From the NCBI GenBank assembly GCA_043815445.1, contig JBDRIY010000054.1, forward strand, positions 527-64,526: a stretch of DNA of 64,000 nt, in the 5' to 3' direction. The stretch is from Candidatus Omnitrophota bacterium. GTDB lineage: Bacteria; Omnitrophota; Gorgyraeia; Duberdicusellales; 4484-171. Below the pieces are notes generated by a model that worked only from the letters and a program-made list of their open reading frames with translations, did no database searches and was not told where the DNA came from. Of the stretch, positions 10,902 to 20,847 are shown one piece after another. Numbering within the stretch: the stretch's first letter is position 1; every line of letters starts with the position of its first letter. A program made the translations under genes and the position numbers.

Positions 10902-10984
10902 ACCGCCATTATTTATGATTTAACTGGGTAGAATTTTACCACATCAATTGACTTTTCACAAGAGATTTGATAAAATACGCGATA

Positions 10985-11896
10985 ATGAGAGTAGGGGTAG
11001 TAGGAATAGGAAAATTAGGGAGCATTCATTTCCGTATCTATAAGGAAATAAAAGAGATAACGGAAATCTACCTTGCCGATACCTGTACGGAAAGGCTTTC
11101 CAGCCTTATTGGCGCGGCTGCCTGTTTCCAAGATTATAAACAGCTGAAAGGAAAAGTCGAACTGGTAAGTATTGCTGTCCCTACTTCGGCTCATTTTGAA
11201 GTTGCTAAGTTTTTCCTTGAAAACAAAATTCCTGTGCTGGTAGAAAAACCTCTTACTCAAAACACAAAAGAAGCTCAAAAATTAATAAATCTTGCTAAAA
11301 AGAATAAAACTCTTCTTTTTGTAGGCCACGTAGAAAGATATAACAGCGCTTATCTGGCTGTCCAAAAAATTATTAAAAATCCTTTATTTATAGAATGTCA
11401 CCGCTTAAGCCCTTATCCTCATCGGTCATTAGACGTAAGCGTTGCCCTGGATTTAATGATCCATGATTTGGATATAATTTTAGGCCTTTTAGGGGATAAA
11501 GTTACAAAAATTGACGCTAAGGGCGTCCGCGTGCTCTCTAAGACTGATGATATAATTAACGCCCGTATTACTTTTAAGAAAGGCTGTGTTGCCAACATAA
11601 CGTCTTCGCGCATTTCAGCAAAAACAGAACGAAAAATTAGAATATTTATGCGCAACTGTTATATTTCCTTAGATTTCGCCCAACAAAACGTAGAAATATA
11701 CAAAAAATTTAAAGGCGAAATTACCCGAAAACAGCTCTGTATAAATAAAGAAGAACCGCTAAAAAAAGAAATTGTTGATTTCGTAAATTTAGTACGTAAA
11801 GGCGTTTTTGATATAAGCTACGCCCAAAAAGCCAAAGAAGCTTTAAGCCTCGCTTTGAAAATCCATAAACTTGTAAATATGGATACACGCGGATAA
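10985..11896 (+). CDS. Gfo/Idh/MocA oxidoreductase (GnnA-like)
   Basis: GVVGIGKLG, VEKP, VGHVERYN, DLMIHDLD; directly upstream of lpxB; TTGACT-17-TAAAAT at 10949-10977. Confidence 0.85.
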   Translation: MRVGVVGIGKLGSIHFRIYKEIKEITEIYLADTCTERLSSLIGAAACFQDYKQLKGKVELVSIAVPTSAHFEVAKFFLENKIPVLVEKPLTQNTKEAQKLINLAKKNKTLLFVGHVERYNSAYLAVQKIIKNPLFIECHRLSPYPHRSLDVSVALDLMIHDLDIILGLLGDKVTKIDAKGVRVLSKTDDIINARITFKKGCVANITSSRISAKTERKIRIFMRNCYISLDFAQQNVEIYKKFKGEITRKQLCINKEEPLKKEIVDFVNLVRKGVFDISYAQKAKEALSLALKIHKLVNMDTRG

Positions 11897-11922
11897 CAGC
11901 GTGAAAATGCATAGAAATTTAT

Positions 11923-13051
11923 ATGAAAAATATTGTAATTGTAGCTGGAGATTCTTCGGGTGATTTATACGGAGCAAAATTAGCTGAGAATCTAACACAA
12001 AAATTCTCTAACCTTAAAATATTCTCCTTTGCCGGCCCCCACTTAGCCCGACACTCCTCCCAACAAATAAATCTTATCGAACATTCCGTATCAGGAATAG
12101 TTGAAGTGTTTTCTAATCTAAAAGAAATACTTAATATTTTTAAAGAAACTGAAAATCGGATACAAAAAATAAAACCCCGACTTAGTAATCCTTATTGATT
12201 TCCCCGATTTCAATTTAAGGCTGGCAAAAACTCTTAATAAAAAATTTCCTATTTTTTATTATATAAGCCCTCAGATATGGGCTTGGAGAAAAAAACGAAT
12301 AGAATCAATAAAACGCTACATAGAAAAAATGATTGTAATCTTTAAGTTTGAACAAGATTTTTACAAAAAAGAAGGAGTAGATGTTCTTTATTTCGGCCAT
12401 CCCTTACTTGAAATAATCAACAAGCCAGAAAACTCCTCCACCCGTCATCCTGAGGAGTGGAACAACGAAGGATCTCAAAAAAACATAATCTCTTTCCTCC
12501 CCGGCTCCAGAAAAAATGAAGTGAAAAAACACCTGCCTATAATGCAAAAAACAAAAGAAATCCTTGAAAAAGAGTTACCAGATTATCACTTTCAAGTGAT
12601 AAGGCCCAAAAATTTAGATGAGAATTTTTACCAAAGCTTGTCCTCAAATATGAATATAATTGAACACTCCTATCAAGCAATTCAAGATTCAAAGTTCATA
12701 ATCACCTCCTCGGGAACCGCGACCGTTGAAATTTCAATATTGGAAGTTCCTTATATTATAATCTACAAGATGAACCCGCTTACATGGCAAATTTTAAAAA
12801 GAATTGTAAATACTAATTTTGTGGGTATGGCTAATATTTTATCGGGGAAAAAAATAGTTGATGAACTCCTGCAAAGAGAAGCTTGCCCTAAGCAAATAGC
12901 AGCCTTAACTCTCAAATACTTAAAAGACAAAGATAAATACCGCGAGCTAAAAGAAGAGCTGAAGAAAATAAAAGACAAGCTTTTACCGGACGGCGCGACA
13001 GATAAATTAGCGAGCTACATAGGAAATTATCTACGTTTAATAAAATTATAA
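11923..13051 (+). CDS. lpxB: Lipid-A-disaccharide synthase, frameshifted at about 12175-12178
   Basis: VAGDSSGDLYGA N-terminus. Removing one C from the C4 run gives IKPDLVILIDFPDFNLRLAK..YYISPQIWAWR, joining the downstream ORF (GHPL, LPGSR, SGTATVE). Confidence 0.88.
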
Positions 13052-14883
13052 ATATTTAATATTGCCGCGGGGGTAATGCCGCTTATTTTTAGGGCTTGGG
13101 CTAGAGTTTTGGGCTTGAATTTTTCTAATTTTTCCTGAACTTCTCTGGATAAAGAAGGAACTTGGAAAAAATCTATTTTAGGTATTTTTATTTTATCAAT
13201 ATTTCGTAATTCTTTCAGCCAGGATTGTTCCCGGCGTAAAAATCCCTCATATTTCGCCAATATTTCTATTTCTCTTTGTATTTCTAAATCATCTATTTTT
13301 TCTTTTAAATATTTTTTTATATCTTTAAAGCTAACCTTAGGCCTTTTAAGGGCTTCAGAAATAAGAATTTTGCGGCCTTTAAAAATAATTCTTTGAGTTT
13401 TAACTTTCTTCATTTCTTCATCTAAGCGGTTCTTCTTATCTACGATTACCTCATAATCACTCTTATTTATTAATCCTAATTTATAGCCTATGCCAGCCAA
13501 CCTCATACTGGTATTACTTTCGCGCAAAGTTAGCCGAAACTCGCAGCGGGAAGTAAACATCCGGTAAGGCTCATCAACCCCTTTGGCAGTTAAGTCATCG
13601 ATTAAAACTCCAATATAAGCTTGGCTTCTTTCTAAGATAAAAGGACTTTTTTTCTTAACTCTTAAAGCCGCGTTTATTCCGGCTATCAATCCTTGAGCCG
13701 CGGCTTCTTCGTAACCGGTTGTCCCGTTAACTTGGCCGGCAAAATAAAGGCCGCTTATTTTTTTTGATTCTAAGCTTCGATCCAACTGACAAGGGTTAAT
13801 CAAACCATGCTCAATACCATAGCCGGGACGTAAAACTAAAGTTTTTTCCAGCCCCTCAATTGTCCGTATAAACTTTAATTGAACATTCAAAGGCAAAGAC
13901 GTTGATATTCCGTTAGGGTAAACTTCAATGCAGTTTAATCCCTGAGGCTCTATAAAAACCTGATGCCTGTCTCTTTGAGAGAATCTTATGACTTTATCCT
14001 CTAAAGAAGGGCAATAGCGGACTCCGGTAGAATGAATTTTTCCCGTATATAAAGGTGAGTATTTTAAATTATTTAGAATAACTTTGTGAGTCTTTTTATT
14101 AGTGTGAGTTATAAAACAGCTTAAACTTTTTTTATTTACCCCGTTAGAAATTTTATGGCCATCTAAAGATAACCTATTTCTATCGGGGTTTATCTTTTTA
14201 TTATGAAAAGAAAAAGGCACTACGTCTTTATCCGGCTTTTGCTCAATCATTTTCGAAAAATCAATTGTGCGTTTATCTAAACGGGCGCAAGTCCCGGTTT
14301 TAAAATGTTTAACTTCAAAACCTAAATTTTTTATATTGTCAAAAAGGCTATCACTGGATTCCTCATAAAGCCTGCCTCCGGGAAAACTATTTAAACCAAT
14401 ATGAATTTTGCTCTTAAGAAAAGTTCCGGCACAAATAACTATTGCCTTAGTTTCAAAAATTTCTCCAAAATTAGTTTGAACTCCGTAAACTTTCTTATTT
14501 TTTACTAATATTCTCTCTACTTTTGCCTGCAAAATTTCAATATTATCAGTGCTTTCAAGAAAACAACGGGCAACTTTTGGATAAGTATACATATCAACCT
14601 GAGCTCTTGTTGACCAGACAGCTTTACCTTTGCTTCTATTTAGAATTCTATAGCCCAGCGCGCTTTGATCAGTAATTCTAGCTATTAAACCGCCCAAAGC
14701 ATCAACTTCTCTAACTAAATGCCCTTTAGAAACTCCGCCCACGGCCGGATTACAAGACAATTTTCCAATCCCGTCAATATCAATAGTCAAAAGCAAAACA
14801 GAACAGCCCAATTTAGCCGCCGAATACGCCGCCTCAATCCCCGCATGTCCCGCGCCAATTACAACAATATCATACTTCTTCAT
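13027..14883 (-). CDS. mnmG: tRNA uridine-5-carboxymethylaminomethyl modification enzyme MnmG/GidA
   Basis: GAGHAGIEAA, SCNPAVGG, RYCPSLEDK, AGQVNGTTGYEEAAAQG, YRMFTSR. Confidence 0.96.
   Translation of the reverse strand: MKKYDIVVIGAGHAGIEAAYSAAKLGCSVLLLTIDIDGIGKLSCNPAVGGVSKGHLVREVDALGGLIARITDQSALGYRILNRSKGKAVWSTRAQVDMYTYPKVARCFLESTDNIEILQAKVERILVKNKKVYGVQTNFGEIFETKAIVICAGTFLKSKIHIGLNSFPGGRLYEESSDSLFDNIKNLGFEVKHFKTGTCARLDKRTIDFSKMIEQKPDKDVVPFSFHNKKINPDRNRLSLDGHKISNGVNKKSLSCFITHTNKKTHKVILNNLKYSPLYTGKIHSTGVRYCPSLEDKVIRFSQRDRHQVFIEPQGLNCIEVYPNGISTSLPLNVQLKFIRTIEGLEKTLVLRPGYGIEHGLINPCQLDRSLESKKISGLYFAGQVNGTTGYEEAAAQGLIAGINAALRVKKKSPFILERSQAYIGVLIDDLTAKGVDEPYRMFTSRCEFRLTLRESNTSMRLAGIGYKLGLINKSDYEVIVDKKNRLDEEMKKVKTQRIIFKGRKILISEALKRPKVSFKDIKKYLKEKIDDLEIQREIEILAKYEGFLRREQSWLKELRNIDKIKIPKIDFFQVPSLSREVQEKLEKFKPKTLAQALKISGITPAAILNIYNFIKRR
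14135..14192. repeat. 58-bp palindromic element inserted in frame in mnmG
   Basis: TTTACCCCGTTAGAAA...TTTCTATCGGGGTTTA; second copy at 25953-26010. Confidence 0.85.
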
Positions 14884-14891
14884 AACAAATA

Positions 14892-15026
14892 AAATCCGAA
14901 TATCGAAATCCGAAACAAATCCTAATGACCAAAATTCTAATGATCAAAACAATATTCTCTATTTTGAAAATTTGAACATTCGAATTTCGAATTTGTTTCG
15001 GATTTCGGATTTCGTGCTTCGGATTT
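14892..15026. repeat. Imperfect inverted-repeat heptamer element, copy 2
   Basis: aaatccgaatatcgaaatccgaaacaaat...atttgtttcggatttcggatttcgtgcttcggattt; homologous to 6681-6871. Confidence 0.85.
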
Positions 15027-15027
15027 A

Positions 15028-15771
15028 CTACTTCTTAGTTTGTTTAGCAACAGAATCAATTGCCTTTTTTATTACTTCAGGGTCGCCTAGATAATAATGT
15101 TTGAGAGCTTTAAGATTTTCGTCAAGCTCATATACCAGGGGAATTCCCGTAGGAATATTAAAGCTGACGATATCTTCATCCGAAACATTATCGAGATATT
15201 TGACTAGGGCTCTTAAACTATTTCCATGAGCGGCAATGATAACTTTCTTGCCCTGCTTAAGGCTGGGCACAATAGTCTGCTGCCAGTAAGGAAGGAATCT
15301 ATCAACTGTATCTTTGAGACATTCAGCAAGAGGTAGTTCTTTTTCCCTTAACTCTTTATATCGGGGGTCATTTCCGGGGAAACGAGGATCGTCTTTAGTT
15401 AAAACTGGAGGCGGAATATCATAGCTCCTCCTCCAAGCCAAAACCTGCTCATCCCCATACTTTTGAACAGTTTCTACCTTATTTAAGCCCTGTAAGGCGC
15501 CATAATGCCTTTCATTAAGCCTCCATGAGCGATAAACCGGAATCCACATTAAATCCATATCTTCTAAAACTATCCAAAGAGTTGAAATTGCCCTTTTAAG
15601 AACCGAAGTATAAGCAATATCAAAGGTAAAACCCTGTTTTTTAAGGCTTTGGGCTCCGCTATGAGCCTCTTGGACACCTTTCTCAGACAACCCAACATCA
15701 GTCCAGCCGGTAAACCTATTTTCCAAATTCCAAGTACTCTCTCCGTGTCTCAATAAAACTAACTTAACCAT
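15028..15771 (-). CDS. gpmA: 2,3-bisphosphoglycerate-dependent phosphoglycerate mutase
   Basis: [31 protein letters not shown]. Confidence 0.96.
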   Translation of the reverse strand: MVKLVLLRHGESTWNLENRFTGWTDVGLSEKGVQEAHSGAQSLKKQGFTFDIAYTSVLKRAISTLWIVLEDMDLMWIPVYRSWRLNERHYGALQGLNKVETVQKYGDEQVLAWRRSYDIPPPVLTKDDPRFPGNDPRYKELREKELPLAECLKDTVDRFLPYWQQTIVPSLKQGKKVIIAAHGNSLRALVKYLDNVSDEDIVSFNIPTGIPLVYELDENLKALKHYYLGDPEVIKKAIDSVAKQTKK

Positions 15772-15836
15772 TTTTTCTCCCTTTCCATTTAACAATTTAA
15801 AATGCTAATTGCTAATTTTTAATTTTGCATTAAGGT

Positions 15837-18800
15837 TTAGCACTTCGAGTATCCACAAGCATCACAAACCAAGCACCCTTCCTGATGCCGCAGGGCAAAC
15901 CCGCATTCTATACATACTCCCACAACGTTGTTTGAATTATTTTTATTAACCTTAATAGGGCTGGCATACTTGTGTCCACTGGGGTGCTCGCCGCCTACGA
16001 CTGCTCCTACCGGCGCTTCTTCTTGGACAAATGAAACTTTAACCTTCATCTCTTCTTTTTGGCCGGATGCTCTTTTTTCTAAAACTCTGGCAATGGCGTC
16101 AGCACAGGAAAAAATCTTTTTTCCCTTATCCCAAGAAGGAGAAGGGCACCTGATGCCTTTAAGCTGTTCAACAATAACTTTTACGTCAATGCCTCCTCTT
16201 AAAGCAAGAGAAACCAACCTTCCTACTGCTTCAAGCTGAGAAGCAGCACAACCGCCGGCTTTTCCCATTTGAGTAAAAACTTCAAAGAAATTTCCCTCTT
16301 CATCTTGATTAACCGTAATGTAAAGATTGCCGCAGCCAGTGTTAACTTTAGTAGTAGTCCCTAAAATTACTTCCGGCCTAGGCTTAGGGTAAGGCACAGT
16401 TAAGGAATAGCTTTCAATTTCTTTATTTTCCATACTTTTATCCCCTTCCTTTTTTTTATCTATTGTAAGAACTTGCACTTTTCGACTCCCATCCCTATAC
16501 ACTGTTATACCCTTACAATTAACCTTATAAGCAAGCAAATAAGCTTCTTTTATGTCTTCTACTTTAGCATCATTAGAAAAATTAATGGTTTTAGAAACAG
16601 CATTATCCGTATATTCCTGAAAAACTCCCTGCATTTTTATATGCCAAAATGCTGAAATGTCCATTGCTGTTCTAAAAATTCTTTTTACCTTGTCAGGTAC
16701 CTCTTTCATCCCCTGAATGCTTTCTCCTGAAGCTACCCTTTTCATCAGCTCTTTAGAGTAAAAACCTTGTTTTTTTGCTGTCCATTCAAAAGCAAGATCT
16801 GCTTCTAAAAGCTTTTCGCCGTCTAAAACATTACGAAAATAACATAAAGAAAAGTTAGGTTCAACTCCTGAAGAAGTTGGCCCGGCAATAATACTTATTG
16901 TTCCCGTAGGCGCAATCGTAGTCAAGGTCGCGTTACGCATCTTCATATTTTTTTTATGCCAAGTACTCCCTTCCCACGCCGGAAATACTCCTCTTTCTTT
17001 TGCTAATTCTAAAGAAGCGCCGCGCGCGATATCTTGAATAAAACTCATAACTTTTTTTGCTAAATTTATAGCTTCTTCGCTGTCATAAGGAATACCTAAG
17101 AATCCCAGCATTGTTGCCCAGCCCATAACTCCTAAGCCAATTTTACGAGTTTTCAAAGTACTAGTTTCAATTTGAGAAAGAGGAAACTTATTGCAATCAA
17201 TAACATTATCTAAGAACCTCACTGATTGAATAGTAACTCTCTTAAGCCTATCCCAATCTGTCTCAAACTTACCATTAATTTCTTTAATCATTTTTGATAA
17301 ATTTATAGACCCAAGATTACAACTTTCGTAAGGGAGCAAAATTTGTTCGCCGCATGGATTTGTTGACTCATATTTCCCTAACGCCGGCGTCGGATTATGC
17401 TTGTTCATCTTATCAATAAATATTATTCCCGGCTCTCCGTTTCTATGGGCGTAAACTGCTATAAGATCAAAGACTTCTTTAGCATCAAGCTCGCCAACAA
17501 CTTTATCTGAGCGGGGATCGCGTAACTCATATTTTTCTTCTCTTAAAACTTTCTCCATAAAATCATCAGTCAAAGCGATAGAAATATTAAAATTAGAAAT
17601 ATCGCCTTCTTTTTCTTTACACTTAATAAATTCTAAAATATCAGGATGATCCACACTTAATATTCCCATGTTCGCGCCGCGCCTCATTCCCCCTTGAACC
17701 ACAGCGTGCGTAGCAGCATCAAAAACTTTCATAAATGAAACTGGGCCTGAAGCTACTCCTCCGGTTGATTTAACAATACTATTTTTTGGGCGAAGGCGGG
17801 AAAAGCTAAAACCTGTTCCGCCGCCACTTTGATGAATTAAGGCGGTAGATTTAATAGCGTCAAAAATAGACTCCATGCTGTCAGCGACAGGGAGCACGAA
17901 ACAATTATGCACAGCCACTCCATTAGCTAAATAGCTATGGTCTTCTTCCACTTCTAAATTATACACATCTCCATCGAATGGCTTGCATTCTATTCTATCA
18001 ATTGGCCTCAATATTACATTTCCCGTCTTAATATATCGAGGAAATATTTTTCTTTCTCTGTATTTTCCTTTCTTTATCGCCTCTACTAATTGTTTACACT
18101 CGCTAGGGGCCGCACCAATTCTATATGCTTCTTCCGTTGCGCCTCTTGGCCTTCTATGAGTGATATTAAAATTATATCTGAGCCTTAATAGGACATTCCA
18201 TACATCATTTGCTAATTTTTCATTTGATAAGCTAACAAAAATTCTATCTTGTCTTTTCTCTTTTGAATAGCAACCATCTCCTCTAAATAACCCGACTAGC
18301 AAATTAAATTGTTTTTCTAATGGTAAAGTAATAACCCATGCGGGCAGCCTCTTTCCGTTGAAGCCTTTTCCAAATAATTTGTAGAACAACTCTGCTACTA
18401 TTATTGAACTAAATCTTATTTGAATTGTTTTTTGCTTCTCTGTGAATTCTTCCTTTGCTGTCAAATTAAATTTCTTCTTCATTGTCCTTCTAATTTCTTC
18501 ACAGAATTCTTTCTCTTTCAAATTAAATGTAAATCTTATCACGCTATATTTATCATATCTCTTGCTTAACGAACCGTCAGCTAACCACTGACCGATTAGT
18601 CTCAAGAAATCATTATCAATTCCTATCCTATTAGGTATATTTTTCCCTTCATTCGGTCTTCCTTTAGCTATTAAACAATCTCCTTTTTTTAAATAGATAT
18701 TATCCTTGAGATAATCTTCAATCTTTATCTCTTTTATGTCTTTTATTTCTCTATTTGTATTTACCACAACAAAATCGCCTTTTTCTAATTTTTTTACAGG

Positions 18801-19430
18801 TATCCATTTTGGTTCAAAGAATTGGCCGATAAACTCGCAATTTCTTTTATATTCCCCGGGTATTTTTAGACAATACTTTTTTATAAATCCATTACATTTT
18901 TTATTTTTCATTCTCTTACATACTAAATTTTCCTTTTTTACAGCGAGTATTGGGTGTTCTTCTGTAACACTCAAGCCAGGCCTCATAAGTCCCTGAATAT
19001 CTATAGCATAAAGCTTACCTCTATATTTTCTTTGATGCAACTCTAATACTTCTTTTGCTCTTCCCCGATCTGTTATTACTTTATCTCCTACTTCTATTTG
19101 GTCTATATTTTTATATCCAAGATTTGATAGAATCTTTTGCTCTTTTATAAAACAAGCAGATAACTGTCCTAGGTCTTTTCCGGCGTTCATTAGAGTAGGT
19201 GAGTTCGGCATAAACTCTAACTCTCTCATCATTTCAAAAAAATCTTTTTCTACTTTTTTTAAAGCCTCTTCATTAGCGCCGTATTTTTTTTCAATAGAAG
19301 CAATCGCGCCGGAAACTCTCTTTAAAAGTTCTTCTGGAGTTTCAATAACTTCTCCGGCGTTATTCTTTTTAAGATAACGTTTTTGTAAAACAATAAGAGC
19401 ATTAGACGAAAATTTTAACGAAGACTTCAT
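15837..19430 (-). CDS. nrdJ: Class II (adenosylcobalamin) ribonucleotide reductase with intein and C-terminal TSCPD/Zn-ribbon
   Basis: PNSPTLMNAG, GGGTGF, TNPCGEQ, TTIAPTGT, VSKTIN, TVYRDGS, terminal CDACGYSKC. Confidence 0.93.
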   Translation of the reverse strand: MKSSLKFSSNALIVLQKRYLKKNNAGEVIETPEELLKRVSGAIASIEKKYGANEEALKKVEKDFFEMMRELEFMPNSPTLMNAGKDLGQLSACFIKEQKILSNLGYKNIDQIEVGDKVITDRGRAKEVLELHQRKYRGKLYAIDIQGLMRPGLSVTEEHPILAVKKENLVCKRMKNKKCNGFIKKYCLKIPGEYKRNCEFIGQFFEPKWIPVKKLEKGDFVVVNTNREIKDIKEIKIEDYLKDNIYLKKGDCLIAKGRPNEGKNIPNRIGIDNDFLRLIGQWLADGSLSKRYDKYSVIRFTFNLKEKEFCEEIRRTMKKKFNLTAKEEFTEKQKTIQIRFSSIIVAELFYKLFGKGFNGKRLPAWVITLPLEKQFNLLVGLFRGDGCYSKEKRQDRIFVSLSNEKLANDVWNVLLRLRYNFNITHRRPRGATEEAYRIGAAPSECKQLVEAIKKGKYRERKIFPRYIKTGNVILRPIDRIECKPFDGDVYNLEVEEDHSYLANGVAVHNCFVLPVADSMESIFDAIKSTALIHQSGGGTGFSFSRLRPKNSIVKSTGGVASGPVSFMKVFDAATHAVVQGGMRRGANMGILSVDHPDILEFIKCKEKEGDISNFNISIALTDDFMEKVLREEKYELRDPRSDKVVGELDAKEVFDLIAVYAHRNGEPGIIFIDKMNKHNPTPALGKYESTNPCGEQILLPYESCNLGSINLSKMIKEINGKFETDWDRLKRVTIQSVRFLDNVIDCNKFPLSQIETSTLKTRKIGLGVMGWATMLGFLGIPYDSEEAINLAKKVMSFIQDIARGASLELAKERGVFPAWEGSTWHKKNMKMRNATLTTIAPTGTISIIAGPTSSGVEPNFSLCYFRNVLDGEKLLEADLAFEWTAKKQGFYSKELMKRVASGESIQGMKEVPDKVKRIFRTAMDISAFWHIKMQGVFQEYTDNAVSKTINFSNDAKVEDIKEAYLLAYKVNCKGITVYRDGSRKVQVLTIDKKKEGDKSMENKEIESYSLTVPYPKPRPEVILGTTTKVNTGCGNLYITVNQDEEGNFFEVFTQMGKAGGCAASQLEAVGRLVSLALRGGIDVKVIVEQLKGIRCPSPSWDKGKKIFSCADAIARVLEKRASGQKEEMKVKVSFVQEEAPVGAVVGGEHPSGHKYASPIKVNKNNSNNVVGVCIECGFALRHQEGCLVCDACGYSKC
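17904..19154 (-). mobile_element. Intein with LAGLIDADG homing endonuclease (417 aa)
   Basis: GQLSA/CFIKEQ N-junction, block B VTEEHP, LIGQWLADGS and LLVGLFRGDGC motifs, VYNLEVEEDHSYLANGVAVHN/CFVLP C-junction. Confidence 0.95.
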
Positions 19431-19475
19431 ACCCCCCCTTTTTTTCCAATATTAAATAATATCTAATTTAATAAT

Positions 19476-19555
19476 CGTAGGGACCGGCCTTGCGTCGGCC
19501 CGAAACAAAATAATGAATTATTAAGCAACGGGCGGAGGCAAGCCCCGCCTCTACG
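19476..19555. repeat. GTAG-type REP inverted pair
   Basis: CGTAGGGACCGGCCTTGCGTCGGCCCG ... CGGGCGGAGGCAAGCCCCGCCTCTACG; related copy at 30434-30521. Confidence 0.8.
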
Positions 19556-19560
19556 TATTT

Positions 19561-19643
19561 TTTATACTACCCGTTCAGAGAAATGTCAAGGAAAAATACT
19601 ATATCTTGTAGTTCTTAATCATTAAAGATACAACATATTGTTA
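19561..19643 (-). promoter_or_regulatory. nrdJ sigma70 promoter with two tandem NrdR boxes
   Basis: TTGACA(19589-19584)-17-TATAAA; boxes ATACTATATCTTGTAG (19596) and ATACAACATATTGTTA (19628), 32 bp apart, match acaCwAtATaTwGtgt. Confidence 0.8.
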
Positions 19644-19726
19644 AAAAGTAAAAAGATCTAACTCACTGAATATCGGAAGATTTCAAATTGCTGAAAATTC
19701 AGCTTTGAGGAAATTGAAACTGAACT

Positions 19727-20719
19727 TTAGATAAAGCTTACTGTGTCTCTAATGATAAGTTCGGTATCCAAAACAATCTTTTGAGGAGATTTTGTTCTTT
19801 CTGTGATTTCTTTCAATATTTTTATGGCTTGATGAACCATTTCTTTTAAAGGCTGGCGGACAGTTGTGAGCATTAATTTATCATAAAGGCACTGAGGATT
19901 ATCATCAAATCCAATAACACTTAAATCTTTAGGTATATTTATTCCTTTTTCTTTAGCAAAATTTAAAACTTCAATCGCGACTTCATCGCTACAACAAAAT
20001 ACAGCTGTAGGCGCCTTTTCTAAAGAAAATAACTCTTCTAAAGCTGCTCTGGCCCGTTTACGGGAAAAATCAATAACTTTGACATAATCTTGAGAAACCT
20101 TTATCCCTTTTTTTTCTAAAACTGACTTATAGCCCTCAAGCCTTTCTTGAGAACACTGAACCCGTAAATCTCCGGCAAGATGAGCTATACGCTTATGGCC
20201 ATGATGGACTAAAAACTCTATAGCTTTAGAAGCGCCTTTAAAATTATCTATAGCTACTGAGCTAACATCATACTCTTTTGCTCTGTTGTTTATTACTACC
20301 AGAGGGATTTCTTCCTTTATCAATCTTTTAAGCTGATCTTCATTTCTTATAATATCAGCCATTAAAACCGCGTCAATGAGTGAAGTTTTAAAATCATCTT
20401 TATCCCAGAAAACATTAAGATGCAAGTCAATGTCTTGAGAACTTAAATCAGCAGCGACTTCACGCATTATTTCAATGGCATAATAAGAATAAAAAATATC
20501 CTCATAGCCGGGAATAATCAGGCCGAAGGTGCCAAGCTTTCCTCCGGCAAGGCGCCGGGCATAAAGAGAGGGCTGATAGCCAAGTTCTTTTATAACCTCT
20601 TCTATCTGTTTTTGGTTTTTTTCTTTTAACGAAGTTTTATTGAGAAATCGCGAAACTGTAGCAGTAGAAACTCCAGCTTTTCTTGCTACTTCTTTAATGG
20701 TGATTTTAGATGAAGACAC
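19727..20719 (-). CDS. LacI family transcriptional regulator
   Basis: TIKEVARKAGVSTATVSRFLN HTH; SVIGFDD, LTTVRQP. Confidence 0.93.
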   Translation of the reverse strand: MSSSKITIKEVARKAGVSTATVSRFLNKTSLKEKNQKQIEEVIKELGYQPSLYARRLAGGKLGTFGLIIPGYEDIFYSYYAIEIMREVAADLSSQDIDLHLNVFWDKDDFKTSLIDAVLMADIIRNEDQLKRLIKEEIPLVVINNRAKEYDVSSVAIDNFKGASKAIEFLVHHGHKRIAHLAGDLRVQCSQERLEGYKSVLEKKGIKVSQDYVKVIDFSRKRARAALEELFSLEKAPTAVFCCSDEVAIEVLNFAKEKGINIPKDLSVIGFDDNPQCLYDKLMLTTVRQPLKEMVHQAIKILKEITERTKSPQKIVLDTELIIRDTVSFI

Positions 20720-20847
20720 TAGCTTGCCCTATTACGTTTTGATGTTTTAATAAAAATAAAACGGTAAGAAAAATTACTACACGTCTAAAATATAACCCCT
20801 AAAAGCCTTATATCACGTATTACGTATCCAACATCCAGCATCCAGCA

